A stretch of 64,000 bases of DNA, from NCBI GenBank assembly GCA_035948415.1, contig DASZJD010000096.1, forward strand, positions 425-64,424, given 5' to 3'. Below, in pieces: positions 17,354-25,721 of this stretch (its first letter is position 1; every line of letters starts with the position of its first letter). The notes below the pieces were generated by a model. The model ran no database searches. It was not told the DNA's origin and was given only the letters and a program-made list of their open reading frames with translations. The translations under genes were made by a program, and so were the position numbers. This stretch comes from Acidimicrobiia bacterium. GTDB lineage: Bacteria > Actinomycetota > Acidimicrobiia > IMCC26256 > PALSA-555.

Positions 17354-18067
17354 GTGGCCGGAGCCCGGACCGCGCCGGCACGACCACTCGCGCCGAGCCG
17401 AGAGGAGCCCGACATCGGAGTTCGGCCGATCCCCGAGGCCACCGTGGCCCGGCTCCCCCTCTACTACCGAGCCCTGCTCCAGGTCGCCGACCAGGCGATC
17501 GGCACCGTCTCGTCGGAGCAGCTCGCCGAGCTGGCGGGCGTGAACGCGGCCAAGGTGCGCAAGGACCTCTCCCACCTCGGCTCCTACGGGACCCGCGGGG
17601 TGGGCTACGACGTCGACCAGCTCGTGCGCGAGGTGTCCCGGGAGCTCGGCCTCACCCACGACTGGCCGGTGGCCATCCTCGGGCTCGGGAACCTCGGCCG
17701 GGCCCTCGCCAACTACCGGGGGTTCAGCGCCCGTGGCTTCCGGGTCGTGGCCCTGGTCGACGCCGACCCGGCGAAGGTCGGGGAGCCGGTCGGCGGCCTG
17801 CCGATCGAGCCGGTCGAGGCCCTCGGCCGCATCGTCACCGAGCGACACGTCGCCATCGGCGTCATCGCCACCCCCGCCGCCTCGGCCCAAGCCGTCGCCG
17901 ACCGTCTGGTGGCCGCCGGCGTGCGGGCGATCCTGAACTTCGCCCCGACGGTCGTGGTCGTCCCCCCTGAGGTGTCGCTGCGGAAGGTCGACCTGGCCAC
18001 CGAGCTGCAGATCCTGTCCTTCTACCAGCAGCACGGACGGCGCGCCCGGGACGGCGCCGGCGTGTGA
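17354..18067 (+). CDS. rex: redox-sensing transcriptional repressor Rex
   Basis: IPEATVARLPLYYRAL winged helix and ILGLGNLGRAL Rossmann motif. The start is ambiguous (GTG 17354, or in-frame ATC 17414 preceded by GAGAGGAG). Confidence 0.9.
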   Translation: MAGARTAPARPLAPSREEPDIGVRPIPEATVARLPLYYRALLQVADQAIGTVSSEQLAELAGVNAAKVRKDLSHLGSYGTRGVGYDVDQLVREVSRELGLTHDWPVAILGLGNLGRALANYRGFSARGFRVVALVDADPAKVGEPVGGLPIEPVEALGRIVTERHVAIGVIATPAASAQAVADRLVAAGVRAILNFAPTVVVVPPEVSLRKVDLATELQILSFYQQHGRRARDGAGV

Positions 18068-18077
18068 CCATGGGCCG

Positions 18078-18725
18078 GTGGGACGGCCCGGACTCCTCGG
18101 CTACCCGGCCAGCCTCCTCCTCGCGGGGCGGCGCTGCGTCGTCGTCGGCGCGGGCCGGGTCGCGGCCCGCAAGATCGACGGGCTCCTCGAGGCCGGCGCC
18201 GCCGTGCACGTGGTCGCGCCCGACCTCGGGCCCGAGGTGCTGGCGTGGCGGGACGCGGGGCGGGTGACCGTCGACGAGCGGGCCTTCCAGCCCGCCGACC
18301 TCGACGAGGCATGGCTGGCGACGGCGGCGACCCCCGACCCGGCCGTGAACGCGGCCGTCTACGAGGCCGGCGAGGCCCGGCGGGTCTTCGTGAACGCCGC
18401 CGACGACCCCGCCCACTGCTCGCTCACGCTGATGTCGGTGGTGCGGCGGGGCGACCTCGTCGTCACCATCGGCACCGGGGGCCGCAGCCCGGCCCTCGCC
18501 ACCTACCTGAAGGAACACGTGGCCACCGAGATGGGGCCCGAGTGGGAGGTGCTGCTCGAGCTGCTCAGCGAGGAGCGCGAGCGCCTCCGCGCCGCCGGCA
18601 CGTCGACCGAGACCGTCGATTGGCGACGGGCCATCGATTCCGGCATGCTCGACCTCATCCGCACCGGGCGCGTGGCCCAAGCGAAGGAGCTGCTCCGGGC
18701 GTGTCTCTCGTCGTCGTCGGACTGA
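18078..18725 (+). CDS. precorrin-2 dehydrogenase / sirohydrochlorin ferrochelatase-like (SirC/CysG N-domain) protein
   Basis: 215 aa; CVVVGAGRVAARK NAD-binding motif, typical siroheme-synthase N-domain layout. Confidence 0.75.
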   Translation: MGRPGLLGYPASLLLAGRRCVVVGAGRVAARKIDGLLEAGAAVHVVAPDLGPEVLAWRDAGRVTVDERAFQPADLDEAWLATAATPDPAVNAAVYEAGEARRVFVNAADDPAHCSLTLMSVVRRGDLVVTIGTGGRSPALATYLKEHVATEMGPEWEVLLELLSEERERLRAAGTSTETVDWRRAIDSGMLDLIRTGRVAQAKELLRACLSSSSD

Positions 18726-19966
18726 ACCATCGCACCGCGGCGGTCGACCTCCTCGAGCGGATGACCGTCGCCGCCCCGGGCCTCCCGAAGGCGCTCCACA
18801 CCCTGGCCGGGCGGGAGCACCTCGCCGAGGTGGTCCTGCTCTCCACGTGCAACCGCACCGAGGTGTACGCCCGCTCCACCCGGTTCCACGCGGGCGTCGA
18901 CGACGCCCGGCACTTCCTCGCCGAGCTCGCCGGCCTCGATCCCGACGACCTCGCCGAGAGCCTGTACACGTACCACGACGACGCCGCGGTGGCGCACCTC
19001 TTCGGCGTCGCCGCCGGGCTGGACTCCATGATCATCGGCGAGGCCGAGATCCTGGGCCAGGTCCGCGAGGCCTGGCGGACCGCCGAGCGGGAGGGCACCG
19101 CCGGGCCGCTGCTGTCCCGCACCTTCCGGCACGCGGTCCACGTCGGCAAGCGGGCCCGGCACGAGACCGGCATCGGCCGGCACGCCGTGTCCGTCTCGTC
19201 GGCGGCGGTCGCCTTGGCCGCCGATCGGCTCGGGTCGCTGTCCGGGCGGCGGGTGCTGGTCCTCGGGGCCGGCGACGTCGCCGTGGGCATGGCGGTGGCC
19301 CTCGCCGGCGCCGGCGTGGGCGAGATCGTCGTCGCCAACCGCTCCCGGACCCGGGCCCGTGAGCTGGCCCGCCGCGTGGACGGCCGGGCCATCTCGCTCG
19401 ACGAGGTCCCCGACGCCCTCGTGGACGCCGACGTCCTCCTCGCGTCGACGAGCGCGCCGGGCACGCTCATCGAGCGCGGCGACATGGAGACGGTCATGGA
19501 TCGGCGTGGGGACCGGGCTCTGCTCGTCGTCGACGTCGCCGTTCCCCGTGACGTCGACGCCGGCGTCGGCCAGGTGTTCGGGATCACCCTCCTCGACATC
19601 GAGGCGCTCCGCGCCTTCGGCGAGCAGTCCCTCGAGCAGCGGCGCGCCGAGGTGGGCAAGGTCCGAGTCATCATCACCGACGAGCTCGACCGGTTCCGTG
19701 TCGAACGCTCGGCGCGGGAGGTCGCGCCGATCGTCGCCGCCCTCCACGCCCGGGGGGACGCCATCCGCGCCGCGGAGCTCGAGCGCCGCGCCGCGCGGCT
19801 CGCCGAGCTGGACCCCGCCGCCCGAGCCGTCGTCGAGCAGGTGACCCGGGCCGTCGTGAACAAGCTCCTCCACGAGCCGACCGTCCGCGTCAAGGACGCC
19901 GCCGGCTCGGCCGCTGGCGAGCTCCTCGCCGACGCGCTCGCCGACCTGTTCGCGCTCGACGAGTGA
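18701..19966 (+). CDS. hemA: glutamyl-tRNA reductase
   Basis: VVGLNHRTAAVDLLE, LSTCNRTEVY (active-site Cys), VLGAGDVAVG. GTG 18701 overlaps the upstream gene by 25 nt. Confidence 0.9.
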   Translation: MSLVVVGLNHRTAAVDLLERMTVAAPGLPKALHTLAGREHLAEVVLLSTCNRTEVYARSTRFHAGVDDARHFLAELAGLDPDDLAESLYTYHDDAAVAHLFGVAAGLDSMIIGEAEILGQVREAWRTAEREGTAGPLLSRTFRHAVHVGKRARHETGIGRHAVSVSSAAVALAADRLGSLSGRRVLVLGAGDVAVGMAVALAGAGVGEIVVANRSRTRARELARRVDGRAISLDEVPDALVDADVLLASTSAPGTLIERGDMETVMDRRGDRALLVVDVAVPRDVDAGVGQVFGITLLDIEALRAFGEQSLEQRRAEVGKVRVIITDELDRFRVERSAREVAPIVAALHARGDAIRAAELERRAARLAELDPAARAVVEQVTRAVVNKLLHEPTVRVKDAAGSAAGELLADALADLFALDE

Positions 19967-20850
19967 CCCGGCCGCTGCGGGTGGCGACCCGCGGCAGCGC
20001 GCTTGCCCGCTGGCAGGCCGAACGGGTCCTGGCCCGGCTGGACCGTCCGGGGGAGCTCGTGATCGTGACGACCGCCGGCGACCGTCGGGCCGGCGTGCCG
20101 ATCCGCGAGCTCGGCGGGCGCGGGGCCTTCACGAAGGAGATCCAGGACGCGGTCGTCGCCGGGCGCGCCGACGTCGCGGTGCACTCGGCGAAGGACCTGC
20201 CGTCCATCACCCCGCCGGGCCTCGTCCTGGCGTGTGTCCCGGAGCGGGCCGACCCCCGCGACGCGCTCGTCGGCGGCTCGCTCGACGCCCTGCCGACCGG
20301 CGCCCGGGTGGCGACCGGGTCGGTGCGGCGGCGCGCCCAGCTCGCGCACGCTCGCCCGGACCTCACGTTCGCGGAGCTGCGCGGCAACGTCCCGACGCGC
20401 GTCGCCCGGGCCGCCGACCACGACGCGGTGGTAATCGCGCTCGCGGCTCTCGAGCGGCTCGGCCTCGTCGACGCGCGGGTGCACCCGCTCGACCCGACCG
20501 TGGTCCTGCCCCAGGTGGCCCAAGGCGCGCTCGCGGCCGAGTGCCGGGCCGACGACGAGGACACCCGCGCCCTGCTCGCCGCGGTCGAGGATCGCGCGGC
20601 GCGCCGCGCCGTCGACGCCGAGCGGGCCTTCCTCGCCGAGCTCGGCGGCGGGTGCGACGTGCCCGCGGGTGCCCTGGCCGTCGCGGACGACGCTGGGGTG
20701 ACGCTCACGGCGATGCTGGCGTCGCTCGACGGGCGAATCCTCCTGCGGGCCACCGCCGCCGACGCCGACCCGGCGCGCGCCGGGCGGGACGCGGCCCGGC
20801 GGCTCCTGGACCGCCACGGCGGGCGCATGCTCCTCGAGGACGTGGCGTGA
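19963..20850 (+). CDS. hemC: hydroxymethylbilane synthase (porphobilinogen deaminase)
   Basis: LRVATRGSALARWQAE N-terminus; GTGA overlap with hemA. Confidence 0.9.
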   Translation: MTRPLRVATRGSALARWQAERVLARLDRPGELVIVTTAGDRRAGVPIRELGGRGAFTKEIQDAVVAGRADVAVHSAKDLPSITPPGLVLACVPERADPRDALVGGSLDALPTGARVATGSVRRRAQLAHARPDLTFAELRGNVPTRVARAADHDAVVIALAALERLGLVDARVHPLDPTVVLPQVAQGALAAECRADDEDTRALLAAVEDRAARRAVDAERAFLAELGGGCDVPAGALAVADDAGVTLTAMLASLDGRILLRATAADADPARAGRDAARRLLDRHGGRMLLEDVA

Positions 20851-20860
20851 CCCGCGAGCC

Positions 20861-22312
20861 GTGACCGTCTACCTCGTCGGGGCCGGTCCCGGCGACCCCG
20901 GGCTCTTGACCCGACGGGGCGCCGAGGTGCTGGCCCGCGCCGACGTCGTCGTCTACGACCGGCTGGCCGCCGACGCGCTCCTCGAGCTGGCGCCCGCGTC
21001 TGCGGTGCGCATCTCGGTCGGGAAGGCGCCGGGGGCGGCCGAGGCCACCCAGGACGAGATCAACGCGCTGCTCGTCGAGCACGGCCGCGCCGGTCGCGAG
21101 GTGGTGCGGCTCAAGGGTGGCGACCCGTTCGTGTTCGGACGCGGCGGCGAGGAGGCCGAGGCGCTCGCGGCGGCGGCGATCCCGTTCGAGGTCGTGCCGG
21201 GTGTCACCAGCGCGATCGCCGCGCCCGCATACGCCGGCATCCCGGTCACGCACCGTGGCGTCGCCACGCACGTCACCGTGGTCACCGGTCACGAGGACCC
21301 GGCCAAGGGACGCGTCGACGTCGACTGGGAGCAGCTCGCCCGCGTCGGCGGGACCATCGTGGTGCTGATGGGCGCGGCGCGCATCGGCGGCATCGTCGAC
21401 CGGCTCCGCGCCGGCGGCCTCCCCGACGACACGCCGGTCGCGGCGGTGCAGCACGGCACTCGCCCCGACCAGGTCACCCGACGAGCCACCCTCGGCTCGA
21501 TCTCGGCCCTCCGGGTCGAGCCGCCGGCCGCGATCGTCATCGGCGCCGCCGCCGCCCTCGACCTGGCCTGGTTCGAGCGGCGACCGCTGTTCGGCCGCAC
21601 CGTCGTGGTGACCCGAGCCCGCGAGCAGGCCAGCGGCCTGCGGGCCCGCCTTGAGACGCTCGGGGCCCGGGTCGAGGAGCTGCCCGCCATCGTGGTCGAG
21701 CCGCTGCCGGTCACCCTCCCCGACCTGACGCGGTACGCCTGGCTCGTCCTCACCTCCGCCAACGGGGTCGCGACCCTCTTCGACGAGGGACTGACGCCGA
21801 CGGGCCGGGACGCCCGGTCCCTCGCCGGCCTGCGCGTGGCCGTGATCGGGCCCGGCACGGCCGCCGCCTTGGCCGCCCGGGGTGTGCACGCCGACCTGAT
21901 CCCGGACCGCTTCGTCGCCGACGCGCTCGTCGACGCCTTCCCACCCGGGGCCGGCGAGGCGGTGCTCGTGGCCCGGGCCGAGCAGGCGCGCGACGTGCTC
22001 GTCGACGGGCTCGAGGCTCGGGGCTACGCGGTCGACGTCCTCCCCCTCTACCGCACCCGACCGGTGCCATCCGACCCGGCGGTCCTGGCGCGGGTCCGGG
22101 CCGGCGCCGTCGACGCGGTGACGTTCACGTCCTCCTCGACGGTCACGAACTTCTGCGACGCCGTCGGGCCGCTCGACCCGCAGCCCCTCGTCGTGTCGAT
22201 CGGGCCGGTGACCTCGGAGACGGCCCGCGCCCGCGGGCTGCGCGTCGACGCCGAGGCGACCGAGCACACCATCGACGGGCTGGTGGCGGCCCTCCTCGAG
22301 GTGCTGGCCTGA
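20861..22312 (+). CDS. cobA/hemD: uroporphyrinogen-III C-methyltransferase / uroporphyrinogen-III synthase fusion
   Basis: N-terminal VYLVGAGPGDPGLLT and VRLKGGDPFVFGRGGEE (SUMT). The C-terminal ~230 aa are HemD-like. Confidence 0.85.
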   Translation: MTVYLVGAGPGDPGLLTRRGAEVLARADVVVYDRLAADALLELAPASAVRISVGKAPGAAEATQDEINALLVEHGRAGREVVRLKGGDPFVFGRGGEEAEALAAAAIPFEVVPGVTSAIAAPAYAGIPVTHRGVATHVTVVTGHEDPAKGRVDVDWEQLARVGGTIVVLMGAARIGGIVDRLRAGGLPDDTPVAAVQHGTRPDQVTRRATLGSISALRVEPPAAIVIGAAAALDLAWFERRPLFGRTVVVTRAREQASGLRARLETLGARVEELPAIVVEPLPVTLPDLTRYAWLVLTSANGVATLFDEGLTPTGRDARSLAGLRVAVIGPGTAAALAARGVHADLIPDRFVADALVDAFPPGAGEAVLVARAEQARDVLVDGLEARGYAVDVLPLYRTRPVPSDPAVLARVRAGAVDAVTFTSSSTVTNFCDAVGPLDPQPLVVSIGPVTSETARARGLRVDAEATEHTIDGLVAALLEVLA

Positions 22313-22359
22313 CGCCCGGGCCGAGGGGCGGCGCCGGGGTGGCGCCCTACCATCGCGGC

Positions 22360-23337
22360 ATGGCGTTCCCCGAGCAGCGGCCTCGACGGCTGCGGCGCAC
22401 CCCGGCGCTGCGACGCCTCGTGGCCGAGACCCGCGTCGAGGTCGACGACCTCATCGCGCCGCTCTTCGTGAAGGAGGAGCTCCGGGAGCCGGAGCCGGTC
22501 CCCTCCATGCCCGGCGTGGTCCAGCACAGCCTCGAGAGCCTCACGAAGGAGGCCCGCGCCCTCACCGACCTCGGCCTGCCGGCGGTCGTGCTCTTCGGCG
22601 TCCCGACGCGGAAGGACGCGCGGGGCTCCGGCGCCGACGACCCCGACGGGGTGGTGCCGGTCGCGCTCCGGGCCCTGCGGGACGAGGTGGGCGACGACCT
22701 GGTCCTGATCGCCGACACGTGCCTCGACGAGTACACCGACCACGGGCACTGCGGCCTCGTGGGCCCCGACGGGACCGTGGACAACGACGCCACCCTCGGG
22801 CGGTACGCCTCGGCGGCCGTCACCCAAGCCGCGGCCGGCGCCGACGTCGTCGCCCCCTCCGGGATGATGGACGGCCAGGTGGGCGCCATCCGCGGCGCGC
22901 TCGACGACGCCGGGCACGCCGACACCGCCATCCTCGCCTACGCGGCGAAGTACGCCTCGGCGCTCTACGGGCCCTTCCGCGACGCCGCCGAGTGCGCGCC
23001 CCGGTTCGGCGACCGTCGTTCCTACCAGCTCGACCCGCCGAACGGCCGGGAGGCCGTCGCCGAGACCCTCCTCGACGTCGCCGAGGGCGCCGACCTCGTG
23101 ATGGTCAAGCCCGCCCTGGCGTACCTCGACGTCGTCGCGCGCGTCCGCGCCGCCGTCGACCTCCCCGTCGGCGCCTACCACGTGAGCGGCGAGTACGCGA
23201 TGGTGGAGGCCGCGGCCGCCAACGGGTGGCTCGATGGCGACGCGGTGATGCGCGAGCACCTGACGGCGATCAAGCGCGCTGGGGCCACCTTCATCCTCAC
23301 CTACGCCGCGCGTCGCGTCGCCGAAGCCCGGCGGTGA
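22360..23337 (+). CDS. hemB: porphobilinogen synthase
   Basis: RPRRLRRTPALRRLV, PSGMMDGQV, VMVKPALAYLD (active-site Lys region). ATG 22360; alternative GTG 22339. Confidence 0.9.
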   Translation: MAFPEQRPRRLRRTPALRRLVAETRVEVDDLIAPLFVKEELREPEPVPSMPGVVQHSLESLTKEARALTDLGLPAVVLFGVPTRKDARGSGADDPDGVVPVALRALRDEVGDDLVLIADTCLDEYTDHGHCGLVGPDGTVDNDATLGRYASAAVTQAAAGADVVAPSGMMDGQVGAIRGALDDAGHADTAILAYAAKYASALYGPFRDAAECAPRFGDRRSYQLDPPNGREAVAETLLDVAEGADLVMVKPALAYLDVVARVRAAVDLPVGAYHVSGEYAMVEAAAANGWLDGDAVMREHLTAIKRAGATFILTYAARRVAEARR

Positions 23338-24608
23338 ACGAGGACCTCCAGGCCCGGGCCCGCCTCCGCATCCCCGGCGGCGTCAACTCCCCGGTGCGCT
23401 CGTTCGCGAGCGTGGGCGGCGACCCGTTCTTCGTCGCCCGCGGCGAGGGCGCGTACCTCGTGGACGTGGACGGCAACCGGTACCTCGACTACGTGCAGTC
23501 CTGGGGGGCCTCGATCCTCGGCCACGCCCACCCCGTCGTGGTGGAGGCGGTGCAGCGCGCCGCCGCCGCCGGCACCTCGTACGGGGCGCCGACGCCCGGG
23601 GAGGTCGAGCTCGCCGAGGCGGTCGCGACGCGCGTCCCGTCGGTCGAGCAGCTGCGGCTGGTGTCGTCGGGCACCGAGGCGGCGATGACCGCGGTCCGGC
23701 TGGCCCGGGGGGTCACCGACCGACCGAAGATCTTGAAGTTCGCCGGCTGCTACCACGGGCACGTCGACGCGCTCCTCGTCGACGCGGGCAGCGGGGTGGC
23801 GACGCTGGGACTGCCCGGCTCGGCCGGCGTGACCGCCGGCGCGGTCGGCGACACCCTCGTCGCCCCGTTCAACGACGAGGCCGCCGTCGACGCCGCCTTC
23901 GCAGCCCACGGCGACGACCTGGCGGCCGTGCTCGTCGAGCCCGTCGCCGCCAACATGGGTCTCGTCGCCCCGCACCCCGGGTTCCTGGCCGGGCTGCGGC
24001 GCCGCTGCGACGAGGCCGGCGCGCTGCTCGTCGCCGACGAGGTCATCACCGGCTTCCGGGTCGGACCGGCCGGCGCCCAGGCGCGGCTCGGCTTCACCCC
24101 CGACCTCACCCTGTTCGGCAAGGTGCTCGGCGGCGGGCTCCCGCTCGCCGCAGTCGGCGGACCGGCGGCGATCCTCGCCGGCCTGGCCCCCGACGGCCCC
24201 GTCTACCAGGCCGGCACGCTGGCCGGGAACCCGCTCGCCACCGCCGCCGGGCGGGCCGTGCTCGGGTGCCTGGACGCCGCCGCCTACGACGAGCTCGAGG
24301 GCCGCGCCCGCCGTCTCGCCGACGGGGTCGCGGACGCGATGGCCGCCGCGGGCGTGGCCGCCCAGGTGCCGAGGGCGTGGACGCTGTGCGGGCTGTTCTT
24401 CGCCGACGGGCCCGTCACCGACTACGCCGGCGCCCAGGCCGCGGACGCCAAGCGCTACGCCCGGTTCTTCCAGGCCATGCTGCGCCGCGGCGTCTTCCTG
24501 CCCCCGAGCCCCTTCGAGACCTGGTTCCCGAGCCTCGCCCACGAGGACGCCGACCTCGCGGTGACGGTCGAGGCCGCCGGCGAGGCCGCCGCCGAGGTCG
24601 CGGACTAG
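23334..24608 (+). CDS. hemL: glutamate-1-semialdehyde 2,1-aminomutase
   Basis: IPGGVNSPVRSF, DEVITGFRV, GKVLGGGLPLAAVGG. GTGA overlap with hemB. Confidence 0.9.
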   Translation: MNEDLQARARLRIPGGVNSPVRSFASVGGDPFFVARGEGAYLVDVDGNRYLDYVQSWGASILGHAHPVVVEAVQRAAAAGTSYGAPTPGEVELAEAVATRVPSVEQLRLVSSGTEAAMTAVRLARGVTDRPKILKFAGCYHGHVDALLVDAGSGVATLGLPGSAGVTAGAVGDTLVAPFNDEAAVDAAFAAHGDDLAAVLVEPVAANMGLVAPHPGFLAGLRRRCDEAGALLVADEVITGFRVGPAGAQARLGFTPDLTLFGKVLGGGLPLAAVGGPAAILAGLAPDGPVYQAGTLAGNPLATAAGRAVLGCLDAAAYDELEGRARRLADGVADAMAAAGVAAQVPRAWTLCGLFFADGPVTDYAGAQAADAKRYARFFQAMLRRGVFLPPSPFETWFPSLAHEDADLAVTVEAAGEAAAEVAD

Positions 24609-24850
24609 CCGCGGCGTTCCTGGTCCCGGGCCCGGCGCCGGACCCGGTCCATGAAGAAGAGCGCGAAGCCGATCGCGAACACCATGAGGGCGAAGGCGAT
24701 GAACGCCACCGCCCCCGACCCGTTGTCGCGGGAGCCGGCGTCGACGAGCTGCTGCGCGCCGGCCGGGACCGCCGAGCCCGCCAGGGCGGCCAGGGCGGCG
24801 AGGCCGCCGACGACGAGGCGTCGCATCGGTCGCATGGGCATCCTCCTCAT
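24605..24850 (-). CDS. small exported/membrane-anchored protein (last gene of the b6-type operon)
   Basis: ATG 24850 lies 4 nt after the upstream stop. The 81-aa product has a signal-like MRRMPMRPMRRLVVGGLAALAALAGSAVPAGA and one C-terminal TM helix (AVAFIAFALMVFAIGFALFF). No family recognised. Confidence 0.4.
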   Translation of the reverse strand: MRRMPMRPMRRLVVGGLAALAALAGSAVPAGAQQLVDAGSRDNGSGAVAFIAFALMVFAIGFALFFMDRVRRRARDQERRG

Positions 24851-24854
24851 GGGC

Positions 24855-25706
24855 TCACCGCGGAGCGCCGACGAGCGGCCGGGACTCACGCTCGGGAAGG
24901 GCGCTGGCGCGCTCGGCGGCGGCCTTGGTGGCGCGCTCGTCCTTCTCCCGCCAGTGGAGCGCGAGGAGGCCGAGGCCGAACAGGATCGACGAGCAGAGGA
25001 AGGCGACGAACGGCGGGATCCGCAGCGATCCGTAGTTGAACTTCAGGATCGCGAACCCGCTCTTCGTCGAGGTCGGGTCGCACACCGGCGTCGGGGGAGG
25101 GAGGCCGAACGGCAGGTTGTTCGGGAGCACGCCACAGAACTGCACCACCCCGTAGAGGGGCTGGTGGTTCAGCTGCCAGTCGAGGAGGCGCGGCTTGCTG
25201 CCGCCGACCTCGTAGTACTTCACCTCCTTGAAGTCGGTCACGGTCTGGAACCGGGCGAACTGATTCTGGTTCGGGGGCAGCGGGATGTTGGCGACGGGCT
25301 GGACGGTGACGAGCTTGGCGTCGACCGCGGCCTTGATCGTCGCCGCCACGGTGGTGCTCACGACCCGGCCGACTCGTGGCGCGTCGCGGACCTCGGGGGA
25401 CAGCGCAGGGTCGTTGAGGTTGTTCACCACCTTCTGCACCTGCCACGCCGGGATCGTGCCCCGCAGCGTGTTCAGCGGTGAGGTCGTGAGCATCCACAGG
25501 ACCGTGAGCAGCACCATGAACCCCATCAGGCCGGTGAACGCGACGAGGAATCCGAGCCGGGCGCCGAGGTTCGTCGCCAGCAGCACGTACACCGACCCGC
25601 AGAACAGCCCGATCGCGGCCACCACGACGAGGATCCCGATGATCGTCGGGTACCAGATGCCGCTCGGCGGCGGCTTGGTGATGGTCTGGGCGAGGAGTGT
25701 GAGCAC
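24855..25706 (-). CDS. membrane protein with large extracytoplasmic domain, unknown function
   Basis: 283 aa with GTG start 15 nt after the cytochrome c stop. Two N-terminal TM helices, a ~150-aa hydrophilic domain and one C-terminal TM helix. Confidence 0.55.
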   Translation of the reverse strand: MLTLLAQTITKPPPSGIWYPTIIGILVVVAAIGLFCGSVYVLLATNLGARLGFLVAFTGLMGFMVLLTVLWMLTTSPLNTLRGTIPAWQVQKVVNNLNDPALSPEVRDAPRVGRVVSTTVAATIKAAVDAKLVTVQPVANIPLPPNQNQFARFQTVTDFKEVKYYEVGGSKPRLLDWQLNHQPLYGVVQFCGVLPNNLPFGLPPPTPVCDPTSTKSGFAILKFNYGSLRIPPFVAFLCSSILFGLGLLALHWREKDERATKAAAERASALPERESRPLVGAPR

Positions 25707-25721
25707 CGGCGCTCCGCGGGC

